Notes: generated by a model not told the origin, from the sequence alone. A DNA stretch of 64,000 nucleotides from Methanomicrobia archaeon (GCA_015661395.1 JACWML010000002.1:9630-73629), one strand, 5' to 3'. Numbered from the stretch's first letter, positions 39,482 to 50,239 are shown. A program made the numbers and translations.

Positions 39482-39487
39482 AAAAAA
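39482..39487 (-). terminator. oligo-T (T6 on the minus strand) downstream of the iscA-like gene
   Basis: The A6 run on the plus strand lies about 20 nt after the stop at 39509. Confidence 0.4.
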
Positions 39488-39508
39488 GGTTCTGGCGGCT
39501 CAATTAAG

Positions 39509-39832
39509 CTAGCCGCACCCTCCGCCGCACGACCCACATCCGGTGAGACTCGGGTGCTTGATAGTAAATCCTTTCCCAAACATTGGGTCATCGACAAAAT
39601 CAATCTCTGCACCATCGAGTGCCGTCTCTACGTTCTTTTCCAAGAACACTTTTACGCCGTTTGATTCTTGCACGTCTTCCGCTTTGGTGGGGTTTTCGTC
39701 AAGGGACATTGTATACTGCGGGCCGCCGCAGCCCATGCCGCCATATGATATCCTCAAACCATATTCCGACTTGCCTTCTTTTACAAGAAGGTCTTTCAAC
39801 TCTCTTGCTGCTGTTTCCGTTACTTGAATCAT
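39509..39832 (-). CDS. HesB/IscA-family iron-sulfur cluster insertion protein
   Basis: The sequence is IQVTETAARELKDLL...GLRISYGGMGCGGPQY. The Cys-rich C-terminus is GCGSCGGGCG. Confidence 0.75.
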   Translation of the reverse strand: MIQVTETAARELKDLLVKEGKSEYGLRISYGGMGCGGPQYTMSLDENPTKAEDVQESNGVKVFLEKNVETALDGAEIDFVDDPMFGKGFTIKHPSLTGCGSCGGGCG

Positions 39833-39916
39833 TTCGAACTCCTATATATTTCTCTCTCGTCGCACCTATTTAAAGCTACGCAACACGCTCAGCACAGTCA
39901 AAATCCGGCCGCGTAC

Positions 39917-39924
39917 AAAAAAAA
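39917..39924 (-). terminator. oligo-T (T8 on the minus strand) 15 nt after the thermosome stop
   Basis: The A8 run on the plus strand was read directly. It is an archaeal-type intrinsic termination signal. Confidence 0.55.
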
Positions 39925-39938
39925 GGGACGGATGGCCT

Positions 39939-41621
39939 TCACATTGGCGGCATGCCACCCATGCCACCCATGCCACCCATGCCGCCCATGCCGCCCTCAG
40001 GCATCGGCGGAGCTGAAAGCTTGCTGGCCGCTATAACATCATCAATTCTGAGAATCATTATCGCAGATTCTGACGCAGAGCCGATTGCTTGAGTTTTGGT
40101 CCTAAGTGGCTCCACAACGCCTGCATCGACCATATCGATTGCATCACCCGTAAAGACATTTAGTCCAGCAGTCGTCATTCCTTGTTCGTGTTTTGACCTT
40201 AGTTCAACAAGCGTGTCGATGGTATCAAGACCAGCATTTTCCGCTAGCGTCTTTGGAATGACTTCCAAAGCGTCGGCGAATGCATTAATGGCGAGTTGCT
40301 CCCGGCCGCCTACTGTAGAGGCGTAGTCTCTGAGCTTTAGTGCCAGTTCGACTTCAGTTGCGCCGCCTCCGGCGACCAGTTTCTCATCTTCTATCGCGAC
40401 GCCGACTACTCGCAGCGCGTCGTTTACTGCTCTCTCTATGTCGTCCACGACGTGCTCGGTCCCTCCGTGAAGCATGATAGACACTGCTTTCGGGTTCTCG
40501 CACTTTTCTACAAAGATCATCTCGTCGCCGCCAACTTTCCGCTCTTCAACAAGCCCAGCATTACCGAGGTCGCCTTTTTCTAGTTCGTCTACGCTCGAGG
40601 CAATCTTTGCGTTGGTAGCTCTCGCGAGTTTTTCCATATCGCTCTTTTTAACGCGTCGTGCCGCGAGAATCCCGGCTTTCGACAGATAGTGTTGGGCGAG
40701 GTCATCAATCCCCTTCTGACAGAATACTACGGTAGCACCTTTGCTCTTGATCTTGTCAACCATGCCCTTGATCATTTCCTCTTCTTGACTGAGGAACGCC
40801 TGGAGCTGATCCGGCGACGTGATCGAGATTTCGGCGTCAACCTCTGTATCCTTAAGCTCGATTGCGCCGTTTATCAGAGCAATCTTTGCTTTGTCGACGC
40901 TTTTCGGCATGCCAGTCGACACACGCTCTTTATCTATGATCATGCCCTCGACGAGTTCGGATGACTCGATGCTTCCCCCAACCTTTTTCTCAATCTTGAT
41001 GTTGTCGATGTCGAAGGTGTTCTTCCCGTTTTCAGTTTCAACTACAGCTTTTACCGCTTTAACAGACATGGCAGCGAGTTTCTCTTTTGACGCTTCTGCG
41101 CCTTTACCAGTCATCGCCGTAATCGCTACTTTTTTCAGAAGTTCTACATCATCAGGTGATACAGGGATCGCCACTGTGTCGAGCGTTTCTCGCGCTTTTA
41201 CTGCAGCTAGCCTGAATCCCGATGCTATGATGGTAGGGTGCACGTCTTGTTCGAGAAGGTTCTCTGCTTTTCTGAGCAGTTCGCCAGTAATGATCACTGC
41301 GGTGGTCGTTCCGTCTCCGACTTCGTCGTCTTGGGTCCGGGCGACTTCAACTATCATTTTCGCTGCGGGGTGCTCAATATCCATCTCCTTCAGGATCGTA
41401 ACCCCATCATTTGTAATGACGACATCGCCCAGCGTGTCCACGAGCATCTTATCCATGCCTTTAGGGCCTAACGTCGTCCTCACAGCCGCAGCAACCGCCT
41501 TCGCAGCGGTTATGTTCATGCCTTGGGCCTCTTTGCCTCGAGTCCTCTGGCTGCCTTCTTTAAGAATCAATATGGGCTGTCCACCCAGTTGTCCGACTTG
41601 TCCACCAAGTTGTCCTGCCAT
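39939..41621 (-). CDS. ths: thermosome subunit (group II chaperonin)
   Basis: Family segments are [50 protein letters not shown] and VAGGGATE. The GGM-repeat tail is present. The ATG at 41621 was verified. The ORF track extends to 41714. Confidence 0.93.
   Translation of the reverse strand: MAGQLGGQVGQLGGQPILILKEGSQRTRGKEAQGMNITAAKAVAAAVRTTLGPKGMDKMLVDTLGDVVITNDGVTILKEMDIEHPAAKMIVEVARTQDDEVGDGTTTAVIITGELLRKAENLLEQDVHPTIIASGFRLAAVKARETLDTVAIPVSPDDVELLKKVAITAMTGKGAEASKEKLAAMSVKAVKAVVETENGKNTFDIDNIKIEKKVGGSIESSELVEGMIIDKERVSTGMPKSVDKAKIALINGAIELKDTEVDAEISITSPDQLQAFLSQEEEMIKGMVDKIKSKGATVVFCQKGIDDLAQHYLSKAGILAARRVKKSDMEKLARATNAKIASSVDELEKGDLGNAGLVEERKVGGDEMIFVEKCENPKAVSIMLHGGTEHVVDDIERAVNDALRVVGVAIEDEKLVAGGGATEVELALKLRDYASTVGGREQLAINAFADALEVIPKTLAENAGLDTIDTLVELRSKHEQGMTTAGLNVFTGDAIDMVDAGVVEPLRTKTQAIGSASESAIMILRIDDVIAASKLSAPPMPEGGMGGMGGMGGMGGMPPM
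39951..39995 (-). repeat. 5 x 9-bp tandem repeat encoding the thermosome (GGM)n C-terminal tail
   Basis: The plus strand reads catgccacc x3 then catgccgcc x2. Confidence 0.9.
41578..41615 (-). repeat. imperfect 21-bp tandem duplication at the thermosome 5' end ([14 protein letters not shown])
   Basis: tgtccacccagttgtcc (41578-41594) and tgtccaccaagttgtcc (41599-41615) match at 16/17 positions with period 21. Confidence 0.8.
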
Positions 41622-41688
41622 TTTTTCTCTCCGTGTAGCGTGATCAATCCTAATGCGTGTAGGTTCGGCCTTAACTATGCAGAAAGTT

Positions 41689-41697
41689 CTATAAAAG
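41689..41697 (-). promoter_or_regulatory. TATA box candidate (CTTTTATAG on the minus strand) about 70 nt upstream of the thermosome ATG
   Basis: Read directly from the sequence. Confidence 0.4.
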
Positions 41698-41732
41698 CAT
41701 TTTGTCCGAAACAAACCTCAGCAAAAGCGCAG

Positions 41733-42701
41733 CTATTCTTCCGATCGCTCTCGCACGAGATGCATCAATTCAGTCGAGCTATCCAAGTCTTCGAGCTCCT
41801 GCAGACGCACGATAACCGTGTGTAGGATCCTGAAACACTTGGGCTCATCGTCAGTGATGTACAGTGAGTGCGCGGCTACGACTCGCGCTATGCTACTCAT
41901 CAGTTCAGCTCTTTTTGCCATCAGGCTCGCGTTCTTGCTGATTCCGGTCAGTAAGGTCTCTTCCTTGGTCTGCGACAGCATGTCAAACGGTGCCTGAAAC
42001 ATGGGGAGCACCGTGAATCCTAAGTCGACGAGCAACGATATTGCCTGTCTCTCCATGGGCGGAAGTGAATCAGCTTTCGCTGTTTCCTTGTGAAAACTGT
42101 GTCGCGCAAGCAGGCTTATTGGCACGGCAAGCGGTGAGTCTAGAATCGCCTCTAGCCTGACAGCTATTTCGACTTTAGCATCCATTCCTTCTTCGTATTT
42201 GCGAATACTTCTTCGCGAAACGCCTAGCTGCGATGCTATTGCGCCTAGAGATAGGTTCTTGCCAGTGCGAGCTGCATAGAGTGCATCCTCATCTAATTTC
42301 ACGTATAGTCCGCCGGGAGCGGCATAAATGAGCGGTGGAAGTTCATTTATGAAGAAATCTGAGAGCGTCTCGACGTTAACAGCGGGGACTCCATAACGCA
42401 CATACACCGCACCCTCCTGGAGTTCGTGATTTCGAGCTTTCTCGCCGACAAGCAAAGGCGAGGCATAGAAGCACTCTGCAAGTTTCTTCAGTTCAAAGGC
42501 TGTTTCTTCACTTAGGCCGTCGATGTTTGACAACATCTTCAAGAAAAGTAGAATTGAGCCCCTCCTAGCAGTGATATCGAAGCATCTAGAGCGAACGTCA
42601 CATCTCTTCGACGTTACGAAGCCTGCTGTGTGTAGCACCTTAGCAGCTTCTTCAGCTAACAGATCCTGGCGCATTATCGGGGTTCTCCTAGATGATTGCA
42701 A
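41733..42701 (-). CDS. archaeal HTH (XRE-like) transcriptional regulator, COG1395-type
   Basis: The central HTH reads LSLGAIASQLGVSRRSIRKYEEG. The N-terminal part reads RCFDITARRGSILLFLKMLSNID. The 322-aa size fits the family. Confidence 0.55.
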   Translation of the reverse strand: MQSSRRTPIMRQDLLAEEAAKVLHTAGFVTSKRCDVRSRCFDITARRGSILLFLKMLSNIDGLSEETAFELKKLAECFYASPLLVGEKARNHELQEGAVYVRYGVPAVNVETLSDFFINELPPLIYAAPGGLYVKLDEDALYAARTGKNLSLGAIASQLGVSRRSIRKYEEGMDAKVEIAVRLEAILDSPLAVPISLLARHSFHKETAKADSLPPMERQAISLLVDLGFTVLPMFQAPFDMLSQTKEETLLTGISKNASLMAKRAELMSSIARVVAAHSLYITDDEPKCFRILHTVIVRLQELEDLDSSTELMHLVRERSEE

Positions 42702-42796
42702 GCCGCTAGAGCTTGCGGATCTACCCTACCTCGAATAACATGTTCAAAAAGATACTTATATACTTCTATCGATAAAAAAATGAGGCGCTCGCTGGC

Positions 42797-44053
42797 ATGC
42801 TTATCGGAATCGACGATACTGATTCAAAGCGCGGGATGTGCACCACTTATTTGGGCACTTTGTTAAAAAAAGCGCTCGAGCAAGAGCTAAATGAGATCAT
42901 TCAGCTTCGTTTAGTGCGGCTCAATCCGACAATACGATTTAAGACCAGAGGAAACGCCTCAATTTGTATCTCGATCAGACATTCGTATGACGTTCAAGAT
43001 ATCGTGCGAAAGCACATCGAACGAATGGCGCACCTTGATGATGCCAATACACATCCTGGGGCTGTTTTTTTTGATGATGATGTAATTCCAGAAGATATCC
43101 AGCGCTTCGCGCGCGACGCTATGCACGCAGAGCTCTGCTTGGAAGAGGCAACCGGACTGATCGAAAGGCACAGGTTGGATTTTTTATCATTTAAGAGCGG
43201 TAGAGGCTTAATAGGGGCGCTTGCTGCGATCGGCGCGACGGTTGAAAGCTGCTCTTCGTACGAACTTATTGCGTATCGTTTTGAGAAGAATTTTGCGAAA
43301 AAACGTTGCATAAATGTGCAATCAGTTTGGCATGCTGACGCGGCTACTTACCCCTACACGTGGGATACGCTCGATCGAAACGATGAAGCAGTTATATGTG
43401 CTCCACACTCTTCAGATCCTATACTTTATGGAATCAGGGGAGATGACCCCCACCAAATACTCATGGCGCACAGCAAAATTATCTCAGAACCATTTGAGCA
43501 TCTAACGCTTTACAGGACTAATCAAGGGACAGATGCACACGTTCGACCCGCTCAAATTCGAGAGTTGGAAGAAGGCCGCTCCTACAAGGTGACTGCAGTG
43601 GTAACCAGCGCACCGTGGACAATAACAGGGGGCCATACATTTGTCGCAGTAGGGGACAACAGTGGCAAGCTACTATGCGTCGCTTTCGAACCCACTAAGC
43701 AATTCCGAACCACGGTCCGCGCGTTGCGTGTCGGCGACAAGGTGGTGGTCCAAGGCAGCTACGTCAAAAACTGCCTGCACTTAGAGAAATTGCGAGTTGT
43801 GGAACTCTGCGATCAATATAAAATCGGGAATCCTATCTGCTGCAACAAAAGCATGAAGTCGCTTGGGCGCGATAAGGGATACAAGTGCTCAAAGTGCAAG
43901 GCGGTCAAACATGTTAGAGTTAGAGATCAAATGTCGATAAGAAGAGAAGTTGCGCCTGGCGCGTATGAGGTCACCCCGTCTGCGAGACGCCATCTCGCAG
44001 AACCACTCGTCAGGAGCCACAATCTTGGTTACGCCGTATTCCCAAGCAGATGA
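42797..44053 (+). CDS. tiaS: tRNA(Ile2) 2-agmatinylcytidine synthetase
   Basis: It begins MLIGIDDTDSKRGMCTTYLG. It has an OB-fold region and C-terminal zinc-ribbon cysteines (CCNKSM..CSKC). Confidence 0.8.
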   Translation: MLIGIDDTDSKRGMCTTYLGTLLKKALEQELNEIIQLRLVRLNPTIRFKTRGNASICISIRHSYDVQDIVRKHIERMAHLDDANTHPGAVFFDDDVIPEDIQRFARDAMHAELCLEEATGLIERHRLDFLSFKSGRGLIGALAAIGATVESCSSYELIAYRFEKNFAKKRCINVQSVWHADAATYPYTWDTLDRNDEAVICAPHSSDPILYGIRGDDPHQILMAHSKIISEPFEHLTLYRTNQGTDAHVRPAQIRELEEGRSYKVTAVVTSAPWTITGGHTFVAVGDNSGKLLCVAFEPTKQFRTTVRALRVGDKVVVQGSYVKNCLHLEKLRVVELCDQYKIGNPICCNKSMKSLGRDKGYKCSKCKAVKHVRVRDQMSIRREVAPGAYEVTPSARRHLAEPLVRSHNLGYAVFPSR

Positions 44054-44139
44054 AGCAACGTACGCCGTCAGGTTCGTCCGACCTTGCCCCTACGTATAAG
44101 AGGTCCCTGCTTTCGTGAACAGCGCGGAGTCCTAGATTC

Positions 44140-45093
44140 ATGTGCGCAAGAGTTAACAGACAGGTTCTCAGAGGCTTGAGCCGGTTTGACGGGCACATAG
44201 TTCACTTGACGCACACTGATCTAGACGCGGTATGCTGTGACGCACTTTTTAAGCGAAGATATGGAAATGTGTTTACGATCTTTTCGTCAGTCCAAGATTA
44301 CAGCTCTTACTTGGAGCTTCTCGCTCAGGCCGAAAAAACGACGAACCTGACGTTGTGCCTTTCCGATCTTGGGGGCGTAACAAGCGCTTTTGAAGTTGTT
44401 GCACGGTTGAAAAGCAAAGGATGGCACGTTGAGTGGCGCGACCATCACGTGTGGGATGAGCGTTTTTTCGAAGATATCAAGAACGTTATCGACTACTTGC
44501 GCGTCGATCGCGAACTATGTGCGTGCGAGATCGTATATACGGACCTACTAGATGGCGATTTGATCGCCAAGGAAATCGCAGCGATAGGGAGAGACAGAGA
44601 TTTCTGGATCAACAACGACCCGCGTTCTGAAGTGCTCTCTACTGCGATAAGTGATGACAAGTCCCGAGAGGAGATAGCACTAAGACTGTCGCGCGGGGCT
44701 TTTGCAGACGCGCAGATCGAAGCAATGTATGCGCTTCAAATCGGTCGGAAGAGCGAAGCCATCAGCAAAGCGATCCAAAAGTCAGTTCTACTCGGTCGTA
44801 CAGCGGTCACAACCAGCAACGGTTACACAAGCGACGTGGCTGCGAGACTTAGGGACAAATATCACTCAACAACGGAGATCATTTTGCGAGGGAATGGTGT
44901 ATTCTCAGTCAGAACGGTCGCTCCGGTGAGTAACCAAATCGCAATGCTTTTCAACGGAGGTGGGCATCCACACGCTGCTGGCGGCAATCTCTCTTTCACG
45001 AGACGAGACCAGATAGGATTTAGGTTGATCGGGTATCGACTTGCGAAGGTGCAAAAGCTTATCGAAGCGGCATCGAGGTTCGATCATTCTTGA
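44140..45093 (+). CDS. DHH/DHHA1-family phosphoesterase (NrnA-like)
   Basis: Motifs are HTDLDAV, WRDHHVWD and GGGHPHAAGG. Confidence 0.7.
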   Translation: MCARVNRQVLRGLSRFDGHIVHLTHTDLDAVCCDALFKRRYGNVFTIFSSVQDYSSYLELLAQAEKTTNLTLCLSDLGGVTSAFEVVARLKSKGWHVEWRDHHVWDERFFEDIKNVIDYLRVDRELCACEIVYTDLLDGDLIAKEIAAIGRDRDFWINNDPRSEVLSTAISDDKSREEIALRLSRGAFADAQIEAMYALQIGRKSEAISKAIQKSVLLGRTAVTTSNGYTSDVAARLRDKYHSTTEIILRGNGVFSVRTVAPVSNQIAMLFNGGGHPHAAGGNLSFTRRDQIGFRLIGYRLAKVQKLIEAASRFDHS

Positions 45094-46102
45094 ACGGCCG
45101 GGTGCCCCCACGCAACTCAGCGATTAGAGCAGCCACCTCTTCTGGATCATAGATCTCCTTAAACACCATGATATGACCACTAGTGGTCTTAATAATGAGA
45201 TTTCCCGTCCTCAACAACCTTTCAAAGAAGCTCTGTTGCTTTGCGTGCTTCGCAACCCGATTGAGCGGGATCACTGCTGTTTTCTTCAAAAAAAAACCTT
45301 TTTCAATGGATATATCACGCGAGGTGATTCCGTATCTTTCCGAATAAACGGTAAGGGTGGTTCGAGCGGCGACGAAGAGAAAAAGCAACACTGCAGCCCC
45401 CCTAAGCGCGGTTGCGATCAAGCTGACGTTTATGAGGCTCTGGACAAAGAAAGACCCGAAAAGGAGGACTATTAGTAGCAGCACAAGTCCCTTATGTTTC
45501 AGCGTGCAACCCAAAATACTCGGACGGGCTAAATACAAGAGATCTTTATCATCTATATCCAATCCGCCTTTAACGACCGGATAGGCGGGGCGAGGGGCGC
45601 TAATCCGCTCGGTGTCATGGCGGGCGTCATAAAGGGAGCGGTCGCGAGTGGCTTGTGTGGAATATGATGCAGCCGCGGTGCGGTCGTTGACATAAGTTGC
45701 GACATAATCACGCATCTCCTCTGACACCGTCAAGGCAATTCTTGCGATTTCGGGGGTGATCTTGATCTTCTGAAAAGCGATGATGCCTGAGTCCCACCAG
45801 TAATCTAGCGAGTCCGCGTTTTTCTCGATCTGAGTTCGCAAGGCTGGGTTGAAAGCAAAGCGTCCTCGACTCCTATATTCATCTTGAAGGCAGAGCTGGT
45901 ACAATTCTTTAATCCGGTGAGCGTTTAGAATTACTTCTTCATAATCACCTGATTGATAGAAACGTCGCGCTTTTTCTATTAATCGATCTAGTGCCCGTGC
46001 GGCCGCCGCAAATTCAGGTGTTGAGGGGGAGCTGTAGCTGTCTCTATCTTCGGCGCGTGGATGTTCCCAGTGGTCCGTGCTATACCCTAGCATACGCTTC
46101 AC
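45059..46102 (-). CDS. membrane protein with C-terminal bacterial-type PH (bPH2/DUF304) domain and a novel ~190-aa N-terminal domain
   Basis: Two TM helices ([27 protein letters not shown]) precede [22 protein letters not shown]...[10 protein letters not shown]. The GTG start forms a GTGA overlap with the queE stop. Confidence 0.55.
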   Translation of the reverse strand: MKRMLGYSTDHWEHPRAEDRDSYSSPSTPEFAAAARALDRLIEKARRFYQSGDYEEVILNAHRIKELYQLCLQDEYRSRGRFAFNPALRTQIEKNADSLDYWWDSGIIAFQKIKITPEIARIALTVSEEMRDYVATYVNDRTAAASYSTQATRDRSLYDARHDTERISAPRPAYPVVKGGLDIDDKDLLYLARPSILGCTLKHKGLVLLLIVLLFGSFFVQSLINVSLIATALRGAAVLLFLFVAARTTLTVYSERYGITSRDISIEKGFFLKKTAVIPLNRVAKHAKQQSFFERLLRTGNLIIKTTSGHIMVFKEIYDPEEVAALIAELRGGTRPFKNDRTSMPLR

Positions 46103-46851
46103 GCCAGCCCCAGTAGCTTGTGCACTTGCGGTATGATCCTTACCTGACTTAAATGCCTAGCAGCAACATCCATCAGCCGAAAGAGCTGCCCGCCATCCGG
46201 CGGAACAGCGCGAAGCGTATGAGTAACTGGCTGCAGCACCAGAAGTAGATCGGTGCTGATATCCGCGAGGCGCTGCGCGACGAAGTCAATCATCTCGCTC
46301 GAAGTTTGCTTCAGTACAACGATTTTCACAAAAACGTCAGTGTCCGAAAGGCAGAATGCTTCGATGGTGCGTAACTCTTCTCGAAGCAATAAATGATAGG
46401 TGGGGCTAGCGCCGTGTTCGGGCAGTTTTACATCGCACGCAGCAACATCCACTGCGTGTTTGAGGCGCATCGCGCCGCGCGAATCCATTCCGTTCGTCTC
46501 AAGATACAGAGGTTTGGGCAGCTCTTGCGCGAGCTCTAAGATGAACTCTGTATATAGCAAGGGTTCGCCGCCAGTCAAGCTAAGATGCGTTGTCGCTGGG
46601 GTCCACAAGCTTTCCACAATTTTGGCGAGATTGTTCGCTGAAATCGGATTCTGAAGTTGATGCGCGGTGTTGCACCTCACTCGACTTCCGCTCTCGACAG
46701 GTCTCGCGGATGCTGAATCACAATAAACGCACGTAAGCGGACAGCCTTGGAATCTGACGAAAACTTGGCGCGTTCCGATATAAGGCCCCTCTCCTTGCAT
46801 CGAGTTGAACACTTCAAAAACGCTTGCTGTCGCTACCATTTTTGCCGGCAC
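46099..46851 (-). CDS. queE: 7-carboxy-7-deazaguanine synthase (radical SAM)
   Basis: The sequence is [32 protein letters not shown]. It sits next to queC. Confidence 0.8.
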   Translation of the reverse strand: MPAKMVATASVFEVFNSMQGEGPYIGTRQVFVRFQGCPLTCVYCDSASARPVESGSRVRCNTAHQLQNPISANNLAKIVESLWTPATTHLSLTGGEPLLYTEFILELAQELPKPLYLETNGMDSRGAMRLKHAVDVAACDVKLPEHGASPTYHLLLREELRTIEAFCLSDTDVFVKIVVLKQTSSEMIDFVAQRLADISTDLLLVLQPVTHTLRAVPPDGGQLFRLMDVAARHLSQVRIIPQVHKLLGLA

Positions 46852-46854
46852 GAA

Positions 46855-47541
46855 TTAGATATAACCTAGCCGTTTGAGCAGCGGGTCTTCTTTGTTCAAG
46901 TCCTGAAAGGCGCGGCGTCTGCGGAGACAGGACTCGCAAACACGACACGGGACGTCTTCGGCGGCGTAGCACGACCAAGACCATTCGAGAGGCGCTCCGA
47001 TGCGCAAGCCGAGTGCCGCGATCTCTGTTTTGTCGTATTCTATAAGCGGAGCAACAATTTCTACCTGTTCTAGAGCAGCATATTGCAACACACGGTTGAA
47101 AGAAGCCACGAAATCGGCCGAGTTATCCGGGAACGTTTCAGCCTCCTCTTTGTTAAATCCGACGACGACGGTTTCATAGCGATAATTTTCGCAAAATGCG
47201 GTCGCAATTGAAAGAAAAACCGCATTTCGCGCAGGCACCCATACGGCTTTTGCAGTTTCACGCACTACCGAATAGTCTTCTAGCGTCTCTTGGGTGAGCT
47301 GTGGCAGTTCGTTGTTATCGGTGAGTGCTCCCCCAAAACTCGTATACCACGGCAATTCGATGACGTGATGGCTCACGCGGTACGTCGCGCATATTTTGGA
47401 AGCAAATTCGATTTCTTTACTACGCGCCTTCTGACCGTAATCGAACGTGAGGCATTTAATACTGTCATAGGCGTCATACGCGAGTTTGAAGGATACTACC
47501 GAGTCCAAGCCTGCTGACAGCAAAACTAGGGCTCGTGACAT
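46855..47541 (-). CDS. queC: 7-cyano-7-deazaguanine synthase
   Basis: The PP-loop reads ALVLLSAGLDSVVS. The C-terminal Zn cysteines read CYAAEDVPCRVCESCLRR. The ATG at 47541 lies 7 nt after GAGG. The ORF track start is 47577. Confidence 0.85.
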   Translation of the reverse strand: MSRALVLLSAGLDSVVSFKLAYDAYDSIKCLTFDYGQKARSKEIEFASKICATYRVSHHVIELPWYTSFGGALTDNNELPQLTQETLEDYSVVRETAKAVWVPARNAVFLSIATAFCENYRYETVVVGFNKEEAETFPDNSADFVASFNRVLQYAALEQVEIVAPLIEYDKTEIAALGLRIGAPLEWSWSCYAAEDVPCRVCESCLRRRRAFQDLNKEDPLLKRLGYI

Positions 47542-47611
47542 TTTGACGCCTCGCACTCGCAGATTTCTATTAGGCAAAGCATTAATTAAAATTGCCTATT
47601 CATTTATTCAC

Positions 47612-47884
47612 ATGCACAAAACTGCAGAGATTCTTGTGTCTGGCTATGTACAGGCGGTTGGCTACCGCCTCTATACTAAACGATATGCTGATCATTTGGG
47701 CCTCACTGGTTTTGTACAAAACTTGCCTGACGGAAATGTGAGGGTGGTAGCATCAGGCGCTGAGGAGGACCTCGCACGTTTTATTGAAAGGTTGCGAGAG
47801 GGCCCACGAGCGGCAATAGTTAAAGGCGTGAAAGTGACGTGGCAGAATGGGGAAAAAACCTACGGAGAATTCGTCATGAAGTGA
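47612..47884 (+). CDS. acyP: acylphosphatase
   Basis: Motifs are VSGYVQAVGYRLY and GFVQNLPDGNVRVV. The protein is 90 aa from the ATG at 47612. The ORF track start at 47486 overlaps queC. Confidence 0.8.
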   Translation: MHKTAEILVSGYVQAVGYRLYTKRYADHLGLTGFVQNLPDGNVRVVASGAEEDLARFIERLREGPRAAIVKGVKVTWQNGEKTYGEFVMK

Positions 47885-48300
47885 GCAGCGCTGCGCCACT
47901 AGCAGCAGCTACTGCGGCTCGGACTATTTTCGGTGGCCTCGTCCAACTGTAGTTTCGCTCTGTTTCACGCCCAAGTCTTCCATCTTTACAGTTGCGGTCT
48001 CCTTCGCTGGTGGTTAAACTGAGGCGTAACGCAAAATTTCGAAAATTCCCGCCCGGCTCTGCGGCCTACTCCGTCCAGATGAGGTTTGTCTAGCTTTACA
48101 GGGAATCTCACGCACTAATGAGTCTATGAGCGCGAAGCTAATCTGGGAGCTGAAGTCTGCTCTCTCTCGTATCGTCGCACCGTTTTTTGGGCACGTCAGC
48201 ACGTTGGTCATCAAGCGTCTAAGAAGAGACGAATGCAAGAACTCTGCCAATTCTCAGCTGCTTTTCTAGGACGGCAGTGGTGTGTGCAATACTCCACGGA

Positions 48301-49938
48301 TTACGCCCATCGTCGCCGGGGATCAGTCATTATGTCGACAAGCGTCGCTTTTTTCGCGGAGAGAGCATTTTTCAACGCCTCTTTCAGATCTTGAGGGTCG
48401 TCAACCGTAAATCCTTCCCCTCCGCAGGAGTCTGCATAGCGCGCAAAATCGATCCTGTGCAAGTCAGTTGCAAAATGCGGGACGCCGGCTTCATCCTGCT
48501 CGTGTTCAATCATGGCGAGCTTGGCGTTGTCGAGCAATACAACGGTTAGGGGCAGCTCGTTAGCTACGGCAGTGGCGAAATCGCCCATTACCATCGTGAA
48601 GCCCCCGTCGCCGGTCGTACAGACCACTTGGCGGGCAGGGCACACTAGTTGTGCAGCCAGCGCTGCGGGCAGGCCAAACCCCATAGAGGCGACATATCCG
48701 GATATTAAGATTTCTTGATCTGTTGCCACGAAGTTGCGCGCAAACCAGAGCGTATTATCTCCGACATCGTTTGCAATGATGGCATCACGATCGATAACCT
48801 CTTGCAGCGCGTCCATTATTTGTGGCCCTCGCACAGGGGATGCGTCTGAAGCGATTTCTTGCTGCTTTTTTTGCTCCCAGCGTTTCTTGATGCGGGCCAC
48901 CTGATCCAAGTAGCCATCCGCGTGCTTATCACTCACTTTCTCGTGCAACGCAGGCAGTACCATCGCCGCGTCTCCGACGAGTCCGACGCTCACGGGGAAC
49001 TTCCGCCCAATCATGATTGGCTCAAGGTCAATTTGAACTTGCGGTATGTACGACGGCACGGCGGTGTTATCTGAATAGGAGCATCCAACAGTGATCAGCA
49101 AATCCGCGCCAAACACCACCCTCTTCGCGGGATCGGTGCCGATGTTCCCCATTACGCCTAGGGCGAGAGCGTGATCCTCTGGAATGATGCCTTTGGCTTT
49201 GTAGGTCGTGGCAACTGGAGCATCGATCTTTTCCGCTAGTCGTAAGACAGAGTCTCTTTGTCCTCGAGCACCGTATCCAACGATCAAGACAGGCCGTTCT
49301 GCCACATCAATCGCATTCGCTGCGACGGCAATCAGCTGAGGATGAGGCATGAGTCGCAAATCGGGCAATCGTCCCTCTTTCGGCTTCGTTTTCACGTTGG
49401 GAAGCACGGAGAGCGTCTGCACGTTCGTTGGTATGCCCAGATGAGAGACACCGTGCCCGACAATCGCTCGCTTCATGGCTAACGTGAGAAGCTCGGTTAC
49501 TTGCTCTGGTGCGTCAATAACCTCATTGAAATCGGCGACTGCCTCAAAAAGGGCGTGCTGATCGATCTCCTGGAACGATCCCAAGCCCAAGAACTGCAGC
49601 CCAACTTGTCCGGTGAGGGCCAACACCGGCGCGTGATCCATTTTTGCATCATAGAGCCCGGTGACCAAGTTCGTTGCTCCTGGCCCGGCTATGGAAAGGC
49701 AGACTCCTAAGTCGCCGGTGAGCTTAGCATAAGCAGACGCCATGAAGGCGGCGACTTCCTCGTGCCGCACGAGCACAAAACGTATCTGGTCGCTTCTCCT
49801 CCTGATTGCATCAACGATTTGAAGCGATGTCTCGCCGGGAATTCCGTAAACCTGCTTTACGCCCCATTCAACGAGCTGCTCGACGATTACGTCGGCCACC
49901 AGCCGCTGGGGCTCGCCTACTGCCGTCTCACCACTCAC
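48301..49938 (-). CDS. thiamine-diphosphate-dependent enzyme (acetolactate synthase large subunit / pyruvate oxidase family)
   Basis: The N-terminus reads VYGIPGETSLQIVDA. The TPP-binding motif is GDGGFTMVMGDF...LLDNAKLAMI. Confidence 0.8.
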   Translation of the reverse strand: MSGETAVGEPQRLVADVIVEQLVEWGVKQVYGIPGETSLQIVDAIRRRSDQIRFVLVRHEEVAAFMASAYAKLTGDLGVCLSIAGPGATNLVTGLYDAKMDHAPVLALTGQVGLQFLGLGSFQEIDQHALFEAVADFNEVIDAPEQVTELLTLAMKRAIVGHGVSHLGIPTNVQTLSVLPNVKTKPKEGRLPDLRLMPHPQLIAVAANAIDVAERPVLIVGYGARGQRDSVLRLAEKIDAPVATTYKAKGIIPEDHALALGVMGNIGTDPAKRVVFGADLLITVGCSYSDNTAVPSYIPQVQIDLEPIMIGRKFPVSVGLVGDAAMVLPALHEKVSDKHADGYLDQVARIKKRWEQKKQQEIASDASPVRGPQIMDALQEVIDRDAIIANDVGDNTLWFARNFVATDQEILISGYVASMGFGLPAALAAQLVCPARQVVCTTGDGGFTMVMGDFATAVANELPLTVVLLDNAKLAMIEHEQDEAGVPHFATDLHRIDFARYADSCGGEGFTVDDPQDLKEALKNALSAKKATLVDIMTDPRRRWA

Positions 49939-50239
49939 GTCTGCAGTGCCTCCTTTCGGGTGTCGGCTAAACGCCGATGGCTCGCTGTCTCCGTGCTAAA
50001 CCGCCACAAGCTGATCGCGCGGAGCCCGATGCCCAGTTTCTCCAAGCAGCTGCGACTACTTAAAGATTGCACGTTGAAGAATCCCGACAAGCAACGGCTT
50101 TGGCACCAGACAACAATTACCACACGAAGATCGCTATAAATTCCTTGTCCGACGCTGCCGCCATAGCTTACTCTGGATTGCACGCTTGCGCTTGACGCGA
50201 TTTCGGCTCAATGGCGACGGCTCTGAGGCCTGAGCAGAA

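Noticed and set aside
39824-40036. Plus-strand ORF with the [15 protein letters not shown] repeat
   Set aside because: It is the antisense reading of the thermosome (GGM)n tail codons.
40819-41643. 274-aa ORF antisense to the thermosome. Similar long antisense ORFs lie opposite rrp4 (25715-26257), argH/gatD (14512-15129), gatE (16990-17562), the M20 hydrolase gene (17987-18640), acs (58894-59436) and amt (54153-54719).
   Set aside because: These are Ser/Arg/Pro-rich, low-complexity shadow frames opposite strongly supported genes. None has a motif or an SD-start context.
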